DNA of 63,810 bases, filler included, from Globobulimina sp. (GCA_003354225.1; 48 parts of 48 records of this genome joined end to end with filler, not necessarily neighbours in it); one strand, 5' to 3'. Shown: positions 49,333 through 61,250, counted from the first letter of the whole stretch. The notes: generated from the sequence alone by a model not told the origin. Program-made: numbers and translations.

Positions 49333-50085
49333 TTACGGTTTTTTGAGTCTGGACAATAAGGCTAACCAATACCTTCTGTGCGTAACAAAAAGAATGGAGC
49401 TGGAACCAAAAAATATAGGAAATAACAAAAAGAATGTGGATTGAGTCCAATGTGCCGTAATTTCCAGTGCTAATTTGCATCGATACACCATTTGTTTAGA
49501 ATTGCATTCAAATATTTTTTTGTCATAAGCCAATAACTGCTTATTTCCATATTCTAAATTGAGATATTTGGCATGTTGGTCATCCAAACCGTATGGTTTT
49601 CCGTACAATAAAGTTTCAAATAAAGTAAAAACTCCAAACATTCCATAAAATACAATCAGTGTAAAGCCAGAACAATGTATTAATGTCAATGGTGTTTTAT
49701 TTACTAAATATCCTAAAATTCTATAAAATCGCTTATAATCTCCTAATTTAAACATTTTATATTGGTATACTTTGCCAGCAACATAGCCATAACACATTGA
49801 ACATGTTAAAAATAACGCAATTAATTTAGAATTATTAGTATCGGAATCAGAATTATTTTTATATAAATTTGTTTTATTTGGAAATGGTAAACATATTTGT
49901 GTCTCGATATAATGTGTTGGAATAAGTATGACAGATAAACCAGAAATTAATCCCGTAAAACCAAACAATGTGCAAACATTAAAAGTTAATGGAATTTCAG
50001 AGATGTGGCTGATTGTTTTTCGTATTGCAATTGGTGTTTGTTGGATTGTTGGAGCTTTGTAAATTGAGAGAAATTTCTTAAACAT
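49333..50085 (-). CDS. Hypothetical membrane protein (true start probably ATG 50085)
   Basis: Four TM segments; basic, presequence-like N-terminus MFKKFLSIYK; the upstream part of the track ORF is antisense to FBPase. Confidence 0.6.
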   Translation of the reverse strand: MFKKFLSIYKAPTIQQTPIAIRKTISHISEIPLTFNVCTLFGFTGLISGLSVILIPTHYIETQICLPFPNKTNLYKNNSDSDTNNSKLIALFLTCSMCYGYVAGKVYQYKMFKLGDYKRFYRILGYLVNKTPLTLIHCSGFTLIVFYGMFGVFTLFETLLYGKPYGLDDQHAKYLNLEYGNKQLLAYDKKIFECNSKQMVYRCKLALEITAHWTQSTFFLLFPIFFGSSSILFVTHRRYWLALLSRLKKP

Positions 50086-50137
50086 TGTTAGATATATATA
50101 TATATAAAAAAAACTTAAATAATACTTGACTGACTCA

Positions 50138-50510
50138 ATGGCCACAGCACCAACAAGGAATCCATATACTTTGACTCGTTGGATACTGTCGGAACAACAG
50201 AAATATCCATCTGCCAAAGGCGACTTGTCGATAATAGTAAATTCAATAGCTTTGGCGTGTAAAATAATATCATCCGCAGCCAAAGGAGCGGGCATTTATT
50301 CACTGTATGGCTTACAAGGGGATAATGTGCAAAATACGAGTGGCGATATGGTGAAAAAATTAGATGTTTTTAGTAATGATTGTATGATAAATGCATTGTC
50401 GTGGAGTGGTAAGATCGCATTGATGGCGTCGGAAGAGAACGAGAGGGAAATCATTGTGGATAATTGCGAAGATCCGAAGTATTGCATCGTGTTTGATCCA
50501 TTGGATGGTT
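50138..50510 (+). CDS. FBP1: Fructose-1,6-bisphosphatase class I, N-terminal part
   Basis: TLTRWIL-EQ, ACK-IS, GD-VKKLDV-SND, ASEE, YCIVFDPLDG. Confidence 0.96.
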
Positions 50511-50795
50511 NNNNNNNNNNNNNNNNNNNNNNNNNNNNNNNNNNNNNNNNNNNNTTAATTAATTAANNNNNNNNNNNNNNNNNNNNNNNNNNNNNNNNNN
50601 NNNNNNNNNNACCGTCGAATTTTTTCTAATTCTTCTATTAGGTATAGATATGCATAAGCAACAATACCTGAGCTCGGTAGGTGCTGTACTCATACCATAC
50701 TCAAAGCGAACCAGGTTTTCAGCTTGGTTGCATATTCTTCTATTTTAGTATTCTTGAGGGATTAATTAATTAACAAACAAAAACTTCTGTTTCCT

Positions 50796-51839
50796 TCAAG
50801 AGTTAAAATCAGGCGGTAATTGTGTCCGGCAAGTCGGACAAGTCAACTTTTGTTGCATCCATGTTGCTAAACAATTGTCATGAAAATAATGATTGCACGG
50901 AGTAACCATAATCGATTTGTATTCTTGTTTCCAATTTATATCTTCTAAACAAATTGAACATTGTTTCTTTGTTGTGTCACTTGTGTGATTTTCAGTCAAT
51001 TCCATTGTTTCATCATCATCATCATCATCATCATGTTCTTCATCAATATCATAATTTGGTGTTTTATGATATTTATAATGTGTTGGTTTCATATTTTCAG
51101 GAAGAAACCATCGTGAATTTAATTTATAATCCATTGAATACAGCATCAACATTTGAACAATTGACCAACAAACAATTATAAAACAAAAGGCGTAATTTGT
51201 TTTATTCGACAGTAAATTGAAAGGGCAGCCATATATATATAAAGGAAAGAATAATTTGGAGAGCGTTATCATAATATAAGCCGATAATTTCCAGGACAAA
51301 ATATGGCCAGTTTTTACAGAATGAAGTATTTGACAAAGCCAGTCACTGCAAAGGACAAAATAAAGCACGAAATTATATGTTCCAAACAAACAATATCGAG
51401 ATAAAAATAATATTAGAATAAAAGTTAATATTTTTATAAAGTTTAATATTTTTAAATTATTTGTGTTTAATGTATATCGTAACGACCATATATTTCTCAT
51501 CATTCTCTGATATAAATTAGCATTCATCATACAGATAAATGTAATAATTAAAAAGGTTGTGAGCAATAAGTCAATTCCTAAGGCGATGTCAAAGTGAATG
51601 AAGCCAATAATTCCATTCGATAAAAATTGTAAATATAACGTAAGTAATGATATTTTAGTGACCCGCCCCATGCTGTTGCTGTATTCATGTTGCTTAAATA
51701 CGAAATAACATATAATTGATACGCTGATTAAACTAAAAATACCATAAATATTTGCTTTATGCTTAAATTTTTTAAGCGGTGTAAATGATAAATTCCATAA
51801 ACTCATATTATATTTGCAACTCGTTAGATTAGCATCTCT
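50796..51839 (-). CDS. Transmembrane RING-H2 E3 ligase (Tul1/Dsc1/FLY-like), 5' partial
   Basis: Multiple TMs, W-CQI, PLYIYGCP-N, RWFLP, CSIC...TPCNHYFH..CL..WM...CPTCR. Confidence 0.88.
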   Translation of the reverse strand, partial: RDANLTSCKYNMSLWNLSFTPLKKFKHKANIYGIFSLISVSIICYFVFKQHEYSNSMGRVTKISLLTLYLQFLSNGIIGFIHFDIALGIDLLLTTFLIITFICMMNANLYQRMMRNIWSLRYTLNTNNLKILNFIKILTFILILFLSRYCLFGTYNFVLYFVLCSDWLCQILHSVKTGHILSWKLSAYIMITLSKLFFPLYIYGCPFNLLSNKTNYAFCFIIVCWSIVQMLMLYSMDYKLNSRWFLPENMKPTHYKYHKTPNYDIDEEHDDDDDDDETMELTENHTSDTTKKQCSICLEDINWKQEYKSIMVTPCNHYFHDNCLATWMQQKLTCPTCRTQLPPDFNS

Positions 51840-51940
51840 TNNNNNNNNNNNNNNNNNNNNNNNNNNNNNNNNNNNNNNNNNNNNTTAATTAATTAANNNN
51901 NNNNNNNNNNNNNNNNNNNNNNNNNNNNNNNNNNNNNNNN

Positions 51941-52272
51941 GAAAGAAAGGCGTCATCGGATAACAGTGCTAAGTTGACAAATATCGGTGGTAGCGAGCAA
52001 CTGATAATCCATGAAGTTTCATTCATTTTTGTATTCGCGTCAGCTTCTACTTTTTTATCTGCTGCGTCTTGCGTTTCTTGTGCATCTGTAAATGTATCAG
52101 GTTTCAAATTCAGTAATTTTTTCTGAATTATTTGCTGAATTTGCTGGCGATTTTCATGGTATAGGGTTGAATGTAAATTGTTTAATTCTGATTGTTGAGT
52201 CAATGTTAGATTTTGTTCATCATCATGGATAAGTTTTGGTTCTTGGTTGTCATTCTCGATGAGTCCATTCAT
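51941..52272 (-). CDS. Hypothetical protein, N-terminal part
   Basis: Open from ATG to contig end. Confidence 0.4.
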
Positions 52273-52717
52273 TCTAATTTGGTTGAAAGTTGAAACTTAA
52301 CCAGAACACGACGGGATGGCTAAAAGTAAAGTTTTCGGCACGTCGCAGTGGTCGGATTTCAACACCGATCCACCGTTTATATCATCAAAAACAAATGTAT
52401 TGATAGGAGCAGCATAACGAATTAAATTAAGTGTTCGACAAAATAAATCAAGAAATTTTGTCAATTTTTTATAAAAACAATTAATTTTATAACCGATGCT
52501 TTTGAAAGTGATAACAATAAAATACTTCATATTTGGCAGAGAATTTTAATTATATGTTGTATATTTTTTGTTGTTTTGTTCTTTTTTTCGCTGTTGCATG
52601 TGCGTAAATTAAGTCTTCTTTCTTTCTTTGGTTGTTTGGTTCATATGATATGATACAAAAACAACACTGTTCAATTCGCAGAAACCCGAAATTTTGAGCT
52701 GTTCACAGTGAAGAAAA

Positions 52718-53170
52718 ATGCTGCACACAAGTAATGAGGGTGAAGGCACAGCATTCGATTTCGACGCATGGATCAATGAAAATGGATTGGAAGATGTTAA
52801 AGATTTGTTTATCAAACATGACGCGGTCAAACCGCAGTCTTTATCAATGGCATCAAAGGAATTGCAAGGTTTGATGAGTGATCCACAATTATTTGCCAAA
52901 GGTTTGATGAGTCTGATCCCGAATATTATGAATGCTGTCAATAAGATGCATAAGTATGTATACTCTGATAATTGCCATATATGTCAGAATAATATGATAT
53001 ATAACCACAGATATCATGTCATCACAGAAGATGAAGAATTGGCAATGGAGAAAATGAAGCGACAATTAACTGAATTGGATAAATTTGATAATATATTTTG
53101 TGGATTAAAAAGAAAATATCCTCAAAGTATTGAGCGTATTAAAAATATCAAATTGAAGCAAATCGAAGAA
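52718..53170 (+). CDS. SAM-like-domain family protein, 3' partial; probable in-frame intron 52954-53010
   Basis: FDAWINENGLEDVKDLFIKH; paralogue at 15776; GTATGT...CACAG 57 nt. Confidence 0.65.
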
Positions 53171-53374
53171 NNNNNNNNNNNNNNNNNNNNNNNNNNNNNN
53201 NNNNNNNNNNNNNNTTAATTAATTAANNNNNNNNNNNNNNNNNNNNNNNNNNNNNNNNNNNNNNNNNNNNCAAAGAAATAGAAATCAAATCAATTTTAAT
53301 GGCTGCAAATCTTGTGTTTGGTTGTAATGTTTGTTGTGTGTTTTTGTGTACGTGTTTTTGTGCGATTTGCGTTT

Positions 53375-54395
53375 TTATTGTGGAATCACAGGATTTTGAA
53401 CCAATTGGACCCGATCATGTGCAGTGTACAATGCAACCACAAATACAACACCCTTATCCACATCCATATAATTCTTCAAATTGGCTTCCTCTTTTTGCAA
53501 TACACCATTGTGGTAAAATGAAATTGTTGCCACATTGGATTCCTTACTCAATTTAACCAATGCTCCAATTCTGTCACCAGAACAGAATGCTTTGCCCCAT
53601 CCCTGATTACTTTTACTACGATACAGATTACCAGAATTGCCATAATAGGAACATCCTGACATAGTGTTTCCAGGATAATTTCCGATTTTAAACGGTGTTG
53701 CTTCGGTGACACCCAACATAATATTTCTATCTCCATGGGTTGCAATATTAATCTCAACGTATCTTGTTACTGTTCCTGATAACACACCATAGATAGCTGT
53801 CGATTGCCAAAGATCGCCAGATATTCCTTCTCTAATCAATACAGTTGAGTTATGTGACAATTTATTTAATGGTGAACCTAAATACGGGTCGAATCTAGCA
53901 AATAGTGCACTTGTTACAACATTATAAAACGTTTTTAGTTTATAATATGCTGCATCGTTTTGTAATTTTTCCAATTGAATTACAGTTAATTCACGTAATG
54001 GATGTTGCAAATTATAACCACGTAAATAATTAAGAATATAGGAGAATAAATCTGAATCACGATCAAAATCTAAGAATAATGTTTTTGATGCCATCGTTTG
54101 TGGTTTTGATTCTATATTTTGTTGTGATTTATTATCATCATTCTGATTCTTATCAACTCCTTCCATCTGATCATATTTTTCAAAAAAGGTTTGCAGAAAT
54201 AAGGTATTTCCATGTTCCTTTGTTGAATAACGTATGGGTCTTTGTTGTGAATTCCTTATTTGAAATCACCAATTTTATAGCAATATTTGTACCTTTGTAT
54301 TGTAATGAGTCTTTTTCCTCTTTCTGTTCCATTGCGACATTCAGTCTTTGTTGCAATGCTTGGAATTGCTTTTGAATGTCATTCAATTCTGCCAT
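53375..54395 (-). CDS. BTB (KCTD-type) plus SPRY domain protein with a frameshift near 54220
   Basis: IKLVISNKEFTT..TL and FDRDSDLFSYILNYLR lie in different frames; SPRY motifs IMLGV, SYYG..G, GDRIG. Confidence 0.8.
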
Positions 54396-54600
54396 GTCTA
54401 ACAGTAAGGATTTATTTATTTAGCAGATATTTTGCAACTACAGATCAAAAGAATGGCACCACGACAGAACTTCTTGACATTGCTGACAGTCTATGTTTTA
54501 NNNNNNNNNNNNNNNNNNNNNNNNNNNNNNNNNNNNNNNNNNNNTTAATTAATTAANNNNNNNNNNNNNNNNNNNNNNNNNNNNNNNNNNNNNNNNNNNN

Positions 54601-54965
54601 GTTACAGTACAGTACAGTACAGTACAGTACAGTACAGTACAGTACAGTACACTACACTTACAGTTACAGTACAGCATGGTTCATACAGTACAGTCACAGT
54701 ATGCTCAGAATTACAGTACACTCACAATTACAGTACAGTACAGTACAATACAGTACACTCACAAGTACAGTTCAGTTACAGTTACGGTACAGTACAGTAC
54801 AGTACGGCACGGTACAGTATACTCAAAATTACAGTTACAGTACAGTACAGTACAGTACACTTACAGTTACAGTACAGCGTGGTACATACAGTACAGTACA
54901 GTACAGTACACTTATAGTACAAGTACGGTACAGATATAGTACATCATGTATACAGTATACATACA
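54601..54965. repeat. (TACAG)n microsatellite, degenerating
   Basis: Direct inspection. Confidence 0.95.
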
Positions 54966-55432
54966 GTATGCATGCAGTAGTACAATGCAGTAGTGCATGC
55001 CCATTTTCGGATAATCAATTTCCGGACCAGAATTCAAAATTTTTAAAAAATTACTAAAATGGTATGAAACTAATAATAAATGGTGCGATAATTGCAAAAC
55101 AACTTAGCAGCTTTGTTATTCACTTTCATAATGATAGACAGATATGTGACCTTATATGGCCTGTAGCAAAAAAAGGATACAAGAACACATGGGAACATTG
55201 TAAATTTTGATTTTATTTGATGATGTTTGTCTATTTGCCCATAATTTACAATAAATTGATCATATGCCATGAAATATAATTTTTCGTAAAAAATAAGGTA
55301 TCCCAACGTGTTCCACGCGAAATTCGGCTCTAGATGCACACATTTATATAGAAAGTCAAAAAGTAATGTGTCATTAGATTTTGTACCAAAGCAATAGTCA
55401 TGTCCATGTTTGACTGAAAATTTTTGAGTATT

Positions 55433-55830
55433 GACAAATACGGCCGTATCGGTATAAAATGTTGAATAAGTCAGCGAATATTAAAGTTACATAAAAATAG
55501 AGTAGCCCGGCATACTCACCATAAAATTTTGATCTAAATACATATTTAAAATAATAAAACCAAAAGTTATTGGGCATAATTAATTGTCATTGCCGGCGAC
55601 GGCCGCCGTTGACCGACTGACGGAAGTTCGTTGCCATTCGATTTACGACTGGGCGGGATCGATGTTACCGATATTTAATAATACCCCTATGCCAATACAA
55701 TACAATAATAATTTTAAATATGTATTTAGATCAAAATTTTACGGGGAATACGCCGGTGTACTTCATTTTTATCAAAAATCATTATTCACTGACTTATGCA
55801 ACGATTTATACTTCTGGCACGTATTTTGTC
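55433..55830. mobile_element. Foldback/long-TIR element core (inverted arms around a GC-rich centre)
   Basis: CCGGCATACTCACCATAAAATTTTGATCTAAATACATATTTAAAAT (~55507-55552) is the near-perfect reverse complement of ~55711-55756; similarity extends to the contig end. Confidence 0.75.
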
Positions 55831-55930
55831 NNNNNNNNNNNNNNNNNNNNNNNNNNNNNNNNNNNNNNNNNNNNTTAATTAATTAANNNNNNNNNNNNNN
55901 NNNNNNNNNNNNNNNNNNNNNNNNNNNNNN

Positions 55931-56411
55931 TAAACACTACGCATTTTCCATACGGTTTTGAGCCATTCCTCACAAAAACCTTTTTCTTGTTTTTCTTCAG
56001 CAACCTTCGTTTCTTTCTCTTTTACTGCATCGCGTTCAATATCCGGTTCGTTTTCGTTTTCTTTGGTGTTACCTTCTGTTGTTTGTATATATAAAAAATA
56101 TGTTGTATTTTAATTATAAAAAGTGATATAAAATCTGCTCATTTACACCGCGTTAAAATGGGAATATGGAAAGTGATGATGCAAAGTGATGATGCAAAGT
56201 GATGATATAAATGATTTCTGTGCATAGAATGGACGCAACTTGGTTTTGATATGGTTAATTCGATAGATTTGGCCAACTCAGACTCAGTTTTTGCAACCTT
56301 TTCTTGTAAACATTGGCGAACATGAATTGCGCCAATGATAGACACTGCGATGCTTACTGTGACTTGGATTGTGGCATAAGACACCGCTAAAATGAAGTTG
56401 ATGCGTTTCAT
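55931..56411 (-). CDS. Hypothetical membrane protein, multi-exon, 3' partial
   Basis: N-terminal TM; presumed intron carrying a 14-bp tandem repeat; charged downstream exon. Confidence 0.45.
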
Positions 56412-56694
56412 GATGGGACTGCTTCTAAGCTTTGTTTGTGAAATACTACTCTTGAGTTGCGAGGATGTTAGAAATTGTTGTTTTGAGAAATCCCGAAAAT
56501 CTATTTTTAAGTAAACTTGTCATCAATAATGCGGTTTGAAGTTTGAACTTCCCGTGAATAACTTGAATATGATCCCTGTGTTATTTATAATTGTGGAATT
56601 CCATATAATTCCATTGGTTTATTTCACAGAAAATACAATATCGGACAGTGGCGGTATTAAACTGATAATTGACAAATACAAATTAATATACTCA

Positions 56695-57060
56695 ATGCCA
56701 TCAAATAATAAATATGCAACTTTGGAGCCGGGACATAATGATTTTGTATATATGGGACATAGTGAGATGAAGAAAGAGCACATTTTGGAGAAGAAGGCGT
56801 TGTATAAAATGGAGTTAGATCGGCAATGCAAAGAGTTGCAAGAAAAGAAGATGAGAGAAAAACTATTGAATGAAAAAGAAGAGTCGCGATTAAATGATAA
56901 AATTAAAAGAGATCGAAAGCAAATAATCAATGAAAAATACAAAGACGATTTGGACGAACAAATGAAAGAATTACAGGAAAGACGGAAAAGTCAAAAGATG
57001 TCTGACCATGAACACGGTATGAAATTGGAAATTCAAATTAAAGGAAGGAAAATAGGTTAA
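56695..57060 (+). CDS. Small coiled-coil protein
   Basis: K/E/R-rich heptads, YK-ELD-Q repeated twice. Confidence 0.5.
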   Translation: MPSNNKYATLEPGHNDFVYMGHSEMKKEHILEKKALYKMELDRQCKELQEKKMREKLLNEKEESRLNDKIKRDRKQIINEKYKDDLDEQMKELQERRKSQKMSDHEHGMKLEIQIKGRKIG

Positions 57061-57260
57061 TAATAAAATGTTAATGGTTCCCGATAAAACACAACCTTTA
57101 AGAATTCAATTTTGACTTTCAATGTTTTTATTTTGAATAATCTGTAAAAAACTGTAAATTNNNNNNNNNNNNNNNNNNNNNNNNNNNNNNNNNNNNNNNN
57201 NNNNTTAATTAATTAANNNNNNNNNNNNNNNNNNNNNNNNNNNNNNNNNNNNNNNNNNNN

Positions 57261-57746
57261 GTTTTATTAGAGATTATATTGCTTTTGATTTATTGTGATG
57301 ATATTCCACATAATATTCACGTAGCAACACAAGATTTAATATATATTTCAATTTGTATTTTATGTTTATTTTTGGTTGAGCTATCACTTCATGTTTATGC
57401 GTATGGTCCAAAGGAATGGTGTTGTAAACCTTTACATGTTTTTGATTTTGTTGTGGTTCTTACGACATTGGTCGGAGAACTAATTAGTTTACTTTTGGAA
57501 GATGGCCGCGTTGAATCTCTTGTTGGATTATTAATCGTTTTTAGATTATGGCGATTGGTTCGAGTGATTCATGTCACAGCAGAAGCACTGGAGAATAGTG
57601 CTGAAATAAAAATGATTCAGTTAGAACAAGAAATTGCGGAATTAAAAGAAAAACTGACTAGATATGAAGCGGGTAATGTCGATACATATGAACCAAGTGT
57701 TGACTCTGTTGAGTTATCAAAGACGCGGCCAAAAAATGAAAAATAA
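57261..57746 (+). CDS. HVCN1: Voltage-gated proton channel Hv1 (5' partial)
   Basis: S2 ILCLFLVEL, S3 FDFVVV, S4 RLWRLVR (RxWRxxR), then a coiled coil and no pore domain. Confidence 0.88.
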   Translation, partial: VLLEIILLLIYCDDIPHNIHVATQDLIYISICILCLFLVELSLHVYAYGPKEWCCKPLHVFDFVVVLTTLVGELISLLLEDGRVESLVGLLIVFRLWRLVRVIHVTAEALENSAEIKMIQLEQEIAELKEKLTRYEAGNVDTYEPSVDSVELSKTRPKNEK

Positions 57747-57816
57747 ATTTTAACGCATCTCCTATTGTATCTCCGAATGACTCCTATATTGCAACAATAA
57801 AAATAAATTATGATGT

Positions 57817-58105
57817 TTAATAATATCTTGGTTCCATGATAACAAAATATCCCACATACAACCATGAAAAAGCACCATGAATGCATGCCCACAAAACGGA
57901 ATGTGTATGATATAACAATTGCAAGGGATGATCCAAATGAGATTCCATGCCCTCCATATTGACGAATATACGGTTGGTACTGATATTGATGATGTTGAAA
58001 TCGTTTTGTGGCGGAATGCAATGAATTGTGCAATGTTTCATTCCAAATTCTCATCGATGGTCTGTTTTTGGATGCTATTTTTAAGATTTTCTGAAAAGTT
58101 GCCAT
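57817..58105 (-). CDS. Small membrane protein with presequence-like N-terminus, frameshifted near 57900
   Basis: GISFGSSLAIVISYT and HSVLWACIHGAFSWLYVGYF read in different frames. Confidence 0.55.
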
Positions 58106-58309
58106 TATCAAAATACAACTATAAAAAAAATGCTGACAAAAAGTACTTTGACTTGAAAGCCAGATCTCTTGTACTTTGACTTCTGATCCAATATTTTGCA
58201 CACACACACACATCCCTATAAATTGAATTGGAAATAGAATGTATGACAACTTCCATATCTGATGAAAGAAAAAAAACTTCAAACTGACTTAATATATTTT
58301 ATTTGAATC

Positions 58310-58490
58310 ATGGGTCTGTCTGAGTCCAAACCACAACCACTCCCTACAAATTCAATTATCAATATCCAAAAACCTGAATGGGGAACGTGTTATTGCGGTC
58401 ATTCTGGAGCAGTTACTCCGTCATGGAATGCCTGTACAGTAAATTCAAGGTTGGTGTCAGCAGGATTCACTCAACAAACATTAAGGAAAG
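58310..58490 (+). CDS. Hypothetical protein N-terminus, possible N-myristoylation (MGLSES)
   Basis: MGxxxS start; open to contig end. Confidence 0.45.
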
Positions 58491-58845
58491 NNNNNNNNNN
58501 NNNNNNNNNNNNNNNNNNNNNNNNNNNNNNNNNNTTAATTAATTAANNNNNNNNNNNNNNNNNNNNNNNNNNNNNNNNNNNNNNNNNNNNAATATCATTA
58601 ATGTTAATGGCATTAATTATTTCAAAGTTTGGTATAGCCACATTTCCATATTATATTATGCTAATATTATTTGTTGGATTAATCGTTGTAGTTGTTCTTA
58701 ACATAAAATATTTGTTATACAAACACCGATTACGTCTCACTCACTGAATCGTGTTACAACTTTTTACTTTATCGTGTCTTTAGTTTTGTTTGTGTCTTCA
58801 TGTTCTTTTGTTCCGTGGAAAAATTATAAAATTAAAGAAGCATAG

Positions 58846-59820
<975 letters not shown>

Positions 59821-59943
59821 NNNNNNNNNNNNNNNNNNNNNNNNNNNNNNNNNNNNNNNNNNNNTTAATTAATTAANNNNNNNNNNNNNNNNNNNNNNNN
59901 NNNNNNNNNNNNNNNNNNNNCTAATAATAGTAATAAGGAAGTA

Positions 59944-60495
59944 CTAGGGTTTAATATATATCGTAGTGGTGTTATGATCAATTCCAGTTTGTAATGTGGT
60001 GGATGACTCATCATTATACTCTGCAGTTATTTTGCCAGCGTTCCAATATAGTTTTAATAACTGAGTCGATAATCCTTTAACTTGTTGAACAATGGTTCGG
60101 GTCGCTGTTATATTGGAATCAATGCGATAGGTTCCATTCAAAAGATAAGTTCCATCCGTATGGACATCCCAATTATATTTAGATGAAGAGCTTGGATCGC
60201 ATTCTTGTCTTAATTCACTGCGTGGATAATGTGAGTTTGCTGTGGTACATTTTCCAGCATAGATCATAAATGTCATTGAACCATCTTTTTTATCTGTATA
60301 AAAATAGGGACTTTCAAATCCATTCTCCAATGATGAAGTTGATATTGTTCCACATGTTGTGTATGATGGTGGTTCTGGTGACTGTAAATTCCAATGCGAT
60401 AAATCAAAATTTTTGTTTGGAGGAACATTTGGATTTAAGCTTAATGTCATAAACACATGGAAGATTGCAACGATCATAAACATTTTATAATACAT
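59944..60495 (-). CDS. Polysaccharide lyase family 7 (alginate-lyase-like), secreted; C-terminus not seen
   Basis: Signal peptide, NFDLSHWNLQ-P, PYFYT, TTANS-YPRSELR, QQVKG, LLKLYW. Confidence 0.8.
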   Translation of the reverse strand: MYYKMFMIVAIFHVFMTLSLNPNVPPNKNFDLSHWNLQSPEPPSYTTCGTISTSSLENGFESPYFYTDKKDGSMTFMIYAGKCTTANSHYPRSELRQECDPSSSSKYNWDVHTDGTYLLNGTYRIDSNITATRTIVQQVKGLSTQLLKLYWNAGKITAEYNDESSTTLQTGIDHNTTTIYIKP

Positions 60496-60572
60496 TTCGA
60501 GCTATTTGATGGTATGTCTTGTTGAACTCCAGTAAAAATCTTTAAAAAACCTTAACAAATACTTTAAAAAAC

Positions 60573-61150
60573 ATGGCACAAGAATTAAAGCGAAATGACC
60601 AAGATAAACAACCTGCGTCACTCCTCGTACGTACAGTACATCTATAAACAAAACTACATAAAACTACATAAATACACCCCCTTCCGTGCAGGCAGGCAAA
60701 ATATTGGTATTGGACGGTCCGCCCGCCAGTGGCAAAGGCAGTATCGCTCAGTATCTCATTGGGAAATTCGGCTGCGTTCATATTTGTACGGGAGATGTAT
60801 TCCGCAAACATGTTCAAGAAAAAACGGAGCTCGGTCGCCAAGCCAAGAAATATTTCGATATGAAATCGTTTATACCCGACCAATTAGTGGTGAATCACGT
60901 ATTGGACCGCTTATCGCAACCAGACGTCAAGCAATATGGCTGTATCTTGGATGGCTTTCCCCGTACACCGGCCCAGCACACTGCGTTACAGCGCGCCAAC
61001 ATCACCATCGACCGAGTGATCACCATCCAATGCCCCGATAAGGTGTTATTAGAACGAGCCAAAGGCCGAAGAATCGCTGCCCGGACCGGCCAGATCTATC
61101 ACGTGGATTATGTGCCTCCTCCCAAACATATTAAACTCGTCAAACGCGAC
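60573..61150 (+). CDS. adk: Adenylate kinase, 3' partial; intron 60627-60691
   Basis: GPPASGKGS, HICTGD-FR, LDGFPRT, GRR...TGQIYH. Confidence 0.93.
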
Positions 61151-61250
61151 NNNNNNNNNNNNNNNNNNNNNNNNNNNNNNNNNNNNNNNNNNNNTTAATT
61201 AATTAANNNNNNNNNNNNNNNNNNNNNNNNNNNNNNNNNNNNNNNNNNNN

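Noticed and set aside
50086-50295. N-terminal extension of the 49333-50295 ORF overlapping FBPase
   Set aside because: Antisense shadow of the conserved FBPase; ATG 50085 is the more plausible start
50762-50773. TTAATTAATTAA without flanking Ns as a hidden contig join
   Set aside because: Contig length fits the series without a break; chance match in AT-rich 3' DNA
54676-55057. YSTVQ-repeat ORFs
   Set aside because: Translation of the (TACAG)n microsatellite
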